A stretch of 64,000 nucleotides of DNA from the NCBI GenBank assembly GCA_022813965.1, contig JALDZS010000129.1:1-64000 (forward strand), read 5' to 3'. The position numbers and the translations under genes are program-made. This DNA comes from Toensbergia leucococca (Eukaryota). The first letter of the stretch is position 1, and every line of letters starts with the position of its first letter. The notes under the pieces were generated by a model, which saw only the letters and a list, made by a program, of their open reading frames with translations, ran no database searches and was not told the origin of the DNA. Of this stretch, positions 60,494-64,000 are shown in pieces.

Positions 60494-61738
60494 CTATTTC
60501 TTTGGTGCACTCACTATGTTGCGAGAAAAAACAGCACTGGACGCCTCTGCTCTTTTCAAGCGCTGTTTAGCCTCGATACCAGTGCGGTCTGTGACAAGTG
60601 TTGCGTTGATGATATTGTCAAAAGCTTCGTTGTCAGAGACGTCTGATCCTGACTCGGCATCTGAGTCTGTGGGCAAGGGGTCAGGTCGAGATATTTTTTG
60701 GGGTTGCGGTTTCGAATCTGCACTGGGGTTGGTAAAGGGTTTCGACTGCAAGACTCGCCGTCGTAACTCGGCCATTTCTTCTGCGTCATCCGATTCGTCG
60801 GATAGGTCTAGCGGGTCTCTATCAACTTCCACTCCTCCATCCTCCTCTTCCTCTCCCTCCTCTCCCTCATCATGTTCCTCACCGCCCGAACCACTATCGT
60901 CTTCCTCATCGGAATCGATAACCGGCCGCCTGTTCACGTTGCCTCCTTTCCATGCGTCTTCCTTGTCAGCACCATTGCCTTCTGCCCGACTCTCTGCATA
61001 TTCTCGCTCGATCTTCTCAAGCCACACCTCCTCTGCCTTTTTGACCTCCTCCTCGCTCGTACATGCAGCATATCGCTTGAGTAGCTGCGAATTGATTTCT
61101 AGAAACGGCTCGCCGTAGGAAAAAGGTGCTAGAACCTCATGTGCCCAGTCTTCATGTCTACAGATATAGAAACACGCGGCAAGCGCCTCCACGCAGTTCA
61201 GCCGCCACGGACGGCCGTAGTTGACCGAGTTAGCGGCAACTAGATATGGCACTAGAACTAGTCAGATGTTGGGATTCTCTAAAGACAGAATCAGCAGCTC
61301 TGACGCAGTCTCTCGCATTTGCCCCCGATCTTCGCCCACGGAACCTCCTTGATTCTGACCCACGAACACTCCACCACGGCCGCTCCGAATTGCTCTAATA
61401 GCTCCCGATCGGCTGGTGAAATCGTGCGCTTTGCATTTGGTCTTTGCGGTCACAATCAGCTATTTGTAGGGATACTCAATATTAGATACGCCTTACGATA
61501 TCACAACCCCGGAGAACTTTTGGCCGATGGATAATTCCCTCATCAAACCGAAATGCATAAGGCGTTTACCGGAGCACCTTTTGGGGTCGCAGTGCTCGAG
61601 ATCCCAGCATGCAGCTTTGAAAGGGGGTCTTTGGGGAGTGGTTTCATTGTCTGGGTCGTGAGAGGGCGCTTTCTGCCGGTGGGGATTTGAATTCTTCTTG
61701 CCCTTGGAGGAGAAGGCGTCCTTTTTGTGGCGAACCAT
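60494..61738 (-). CDS. TSR3: 18S rRNA aminocarboxypropyltransferase Tsr3, 3 exons
   Basis: WDLEHCDPKRCSGKRL, VVECSW, LPYLVAANSVNYGRPWRLNCVEALAA, acidic tail. Confidence 0.95.
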
Positions 61739-62070
61739 TGTGTTTCAGTTGATGGGATAGTACTTGTTTCTTGAATACTATTCAAGGATGAAATCGTTTA
61801 CACAAGGTAGTGAAAAGAAATGTACAATTAAGATAAGGTACCTTAGACCGGTACTTTAGGGTTGCGCCAATGACATAAATGCGCCTCGGGCTGATCTTCG
61901 GGCCGCCAACGCCAACGCCAATCATCAATCGCTGGAACTACAGATACTCCGTAGACAATTCGAGGGATTGCATATCACTGCCTACAAACTCATCAAAGTC
62001 AGACTCAATCAGTGGATCAATCTACCTCTCACATTGCTACAAAAAAGTATCGAGTAGGAGGACATTAACC

Positions 62071-64000
62071 ATGGAGGCCGCTTCGGCGCGGTACGCAGCA
62101 AGAGACCGCTTTGGGGCATTCGCAGAACCGGCGCAAACTCCGTTGCAAAGATACATACGTGAGCCTAGGATAATTAGGAATCATCAACTTGGATAGTAGT
62201 TGACTTGCCATGCCAGAGAACTCCGTGGACCCTCAAAACTTCGAGCCTAATCTTGCTCTGAATCTTGAAATATCAGACCTCATCAACGCAAAGAAGGGCA
62301 ATGCGTTAGGAGTCCCACGTATTCCGTCTTCCAGTTGACTGACATCTCATAGACCTCGGGAGGCTGCAGTAGCTATTGTCAATTATATCAATCATCGGAA
62401 TCCTAATGTGTCCTTACTGGCACTCGCGGTAGGAAATGTGTGAACTCGGCTTTATCGGCCCACTGCAGGCTCACAAAGTCTTTAGCTCCTCGACATTTGT
62501 GTCAAGAATTGCGGATACCCTTTCCAATTACAAATCAGCACCAAGGAATTTCTAAATGAACTCGTTCGACGCTTTCCAGAACGACCACCAATACGGCCTT
62601 CGCGGGTACAGCTCAAGATCCTAGAAGCAATCGAGGAATGGAGGCAGACAATATGTCAAACTTCGCGATTCAAAGAGGACTTGGGGTTCATTCGGGATAT
62701 GCATCGATTATTGAGTTACAAGGGCTACACTTTCCCCGAGGTTCGGAGGGAAGATGCGGCAGTATTGAATCCGAGCGACGTGCGTCTCGGCCACTAAGAT
62801 ATCATAGGTAATGGCTGATGATTTTCAGAATCTTCAATCGGCGGACGAGATGGAAGAAGAAGAGAAGGCCGCACAGTCAGCTAAATTGCAAGAGCTTATT
62901 CGCCGAGGGACCCCAGAAGATCTGCAGGAGGCAAATCGATTGATGAAGGTTATGGCAGGATTTGATACGAAACATAAGACCGACTATAGGGCAAAGGCAG
63001 CTGAAGAGGTCGGGAAAATCCAACAGAAGGCCAAGCTGTTGGAGGAAAGACTACAGAACTTCAAACCAGGAGATGTAATCACAGAGGGTGATGTTTTTGA
63101 GGTCAGTAATTTAACGAAAACCATCCGCATGAATTTTCATTAATCCCTACCAGGATCTCGCCAATGCACTACAAAGTGCTCAGCCCAAAATCCAGAAGAT
63201 GTGCGAAGAAGAGTCCGATGATTCAGAGGCCGTTGCGAAACTACTTGAAATTAACGACAGCATACATCGCACTATCGAAAGATATAAACTCGTCAAGAAA
63301 GGCGATTTAGACGCAGCCTCCAAAATCCCAAAAGGCACGTTAGGGACGTCCACTGGTGTGAGCAAGACAGCAGATAATGAGCTTTCACTCATCGACTTTG
63401 GGGGAGACCTTGAACCAAGTGCGGATGGAAGTAGTAGTGCAGAAGTGGCTGGACAACAGAAGGCTGAGTCTTTGGAGGACGATCTCTTGGGATTGTCTTT
63501 CCAAGACGAGAATTATGGGCAAGGTGGGGGTATAGCGCTTGGGTTTGGTGCTCACACAAGTAAGTCCCTCATTTCGTGAGGACAAGAGATGAGAGCTAAT
63601 GATGATATCCAGATATACCAGGATCGTCACTAAAATCCTCTACCATGAAGGAGAACTCTGCCAAACCCCCGGCACTAGCAACGCCACCTCAAGCGCAGCA
63701 AGCCGCTGTTGCTGGTAAGCCCAACTATGACCCTTTCGCGTCCATCATCAGCTCTCACCCGTCTTCGCGCACTCCAACTCCAGCACCAAGTCTGGTCCAG
63801 CAAAGACAGGCCGCTCGGCAACCACAATCCTCTCAAGACCCTTTCGCTGCTATATCTGCAACTCCTCCACGCGAATCCTCGCCTTTTACGCCTCCACAGC
63901 AATCTCAGCCTATCTCATCGCCTTCAGCCTCCCTTTTCGACTTGACTTCGCTCAGCCACCAACCCACACATGCTCCTTCGAATCTCCATCAGCAAAATAA
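62071..64000 (+). CDS. GGA2: GGA clathrin adaptor (VHS-GAT), 3' end beyond the window
   Basis: EPNLALNLEI, KNCGYPFQLQISTKEFLNELVRRFPERPP, GAT AKLQELIRRGTPEDLQEANRLMKVM, LIDF clathrin box. Confidence 0.92.

Noticed and set aside
60471..61118. 215-aa Ser-rich + strand ORF
   Set aside because: Antisense of the acidic TSR3 tail
61853..61864. TTTAGGGTT telobox upstream of TSR3
   Set aside because: A single short match, plausible for a ribosome-biogenesis gene but not distinguishable from chance

Overview
Eukaryotic DNA from a filamentous ascomycete (Pezizomycotina). Genes have short GT-AG introns with CTRAC branch points. The window has two halves. About 1-27 kb is accessory: a secreted PI-PLC X-domain protein, a HeLo-like/ubiquitin-like/C2H2 gene with an in-frame stop, an internally deleted pogo-type DNA transposon, an FAD monooxygenase, an AT-rich island holding four solo LTRs each with its own 5-bp TSD, a HET-domain gene, a carboxylesterase, an F-box/LRR gene and several CpG-depleted relics. 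About 27-64 kb is a dense housekeeping block: VanZ-like, SPT7, CCT7, importin beta-3, CBS-PB1, RPS26, a PTP, POL2, COX20, AMSH-like DUB, MTF1, TSR3 and GGA (truncated by the window end). The most unexplained signals are (i) recurrent C-rich to G-rich skew-switch islands that ignore gene strand and exon/intron boundaries, (ii) repeat decay at CpG/CpC rather than the canonical RIP CpA context, and (iii) a pogo-like element flanked by TG rather than TA. I recognised no tRNA, rRNA or CRISPR. All product calls come from motif recognition by eye, not database searches.
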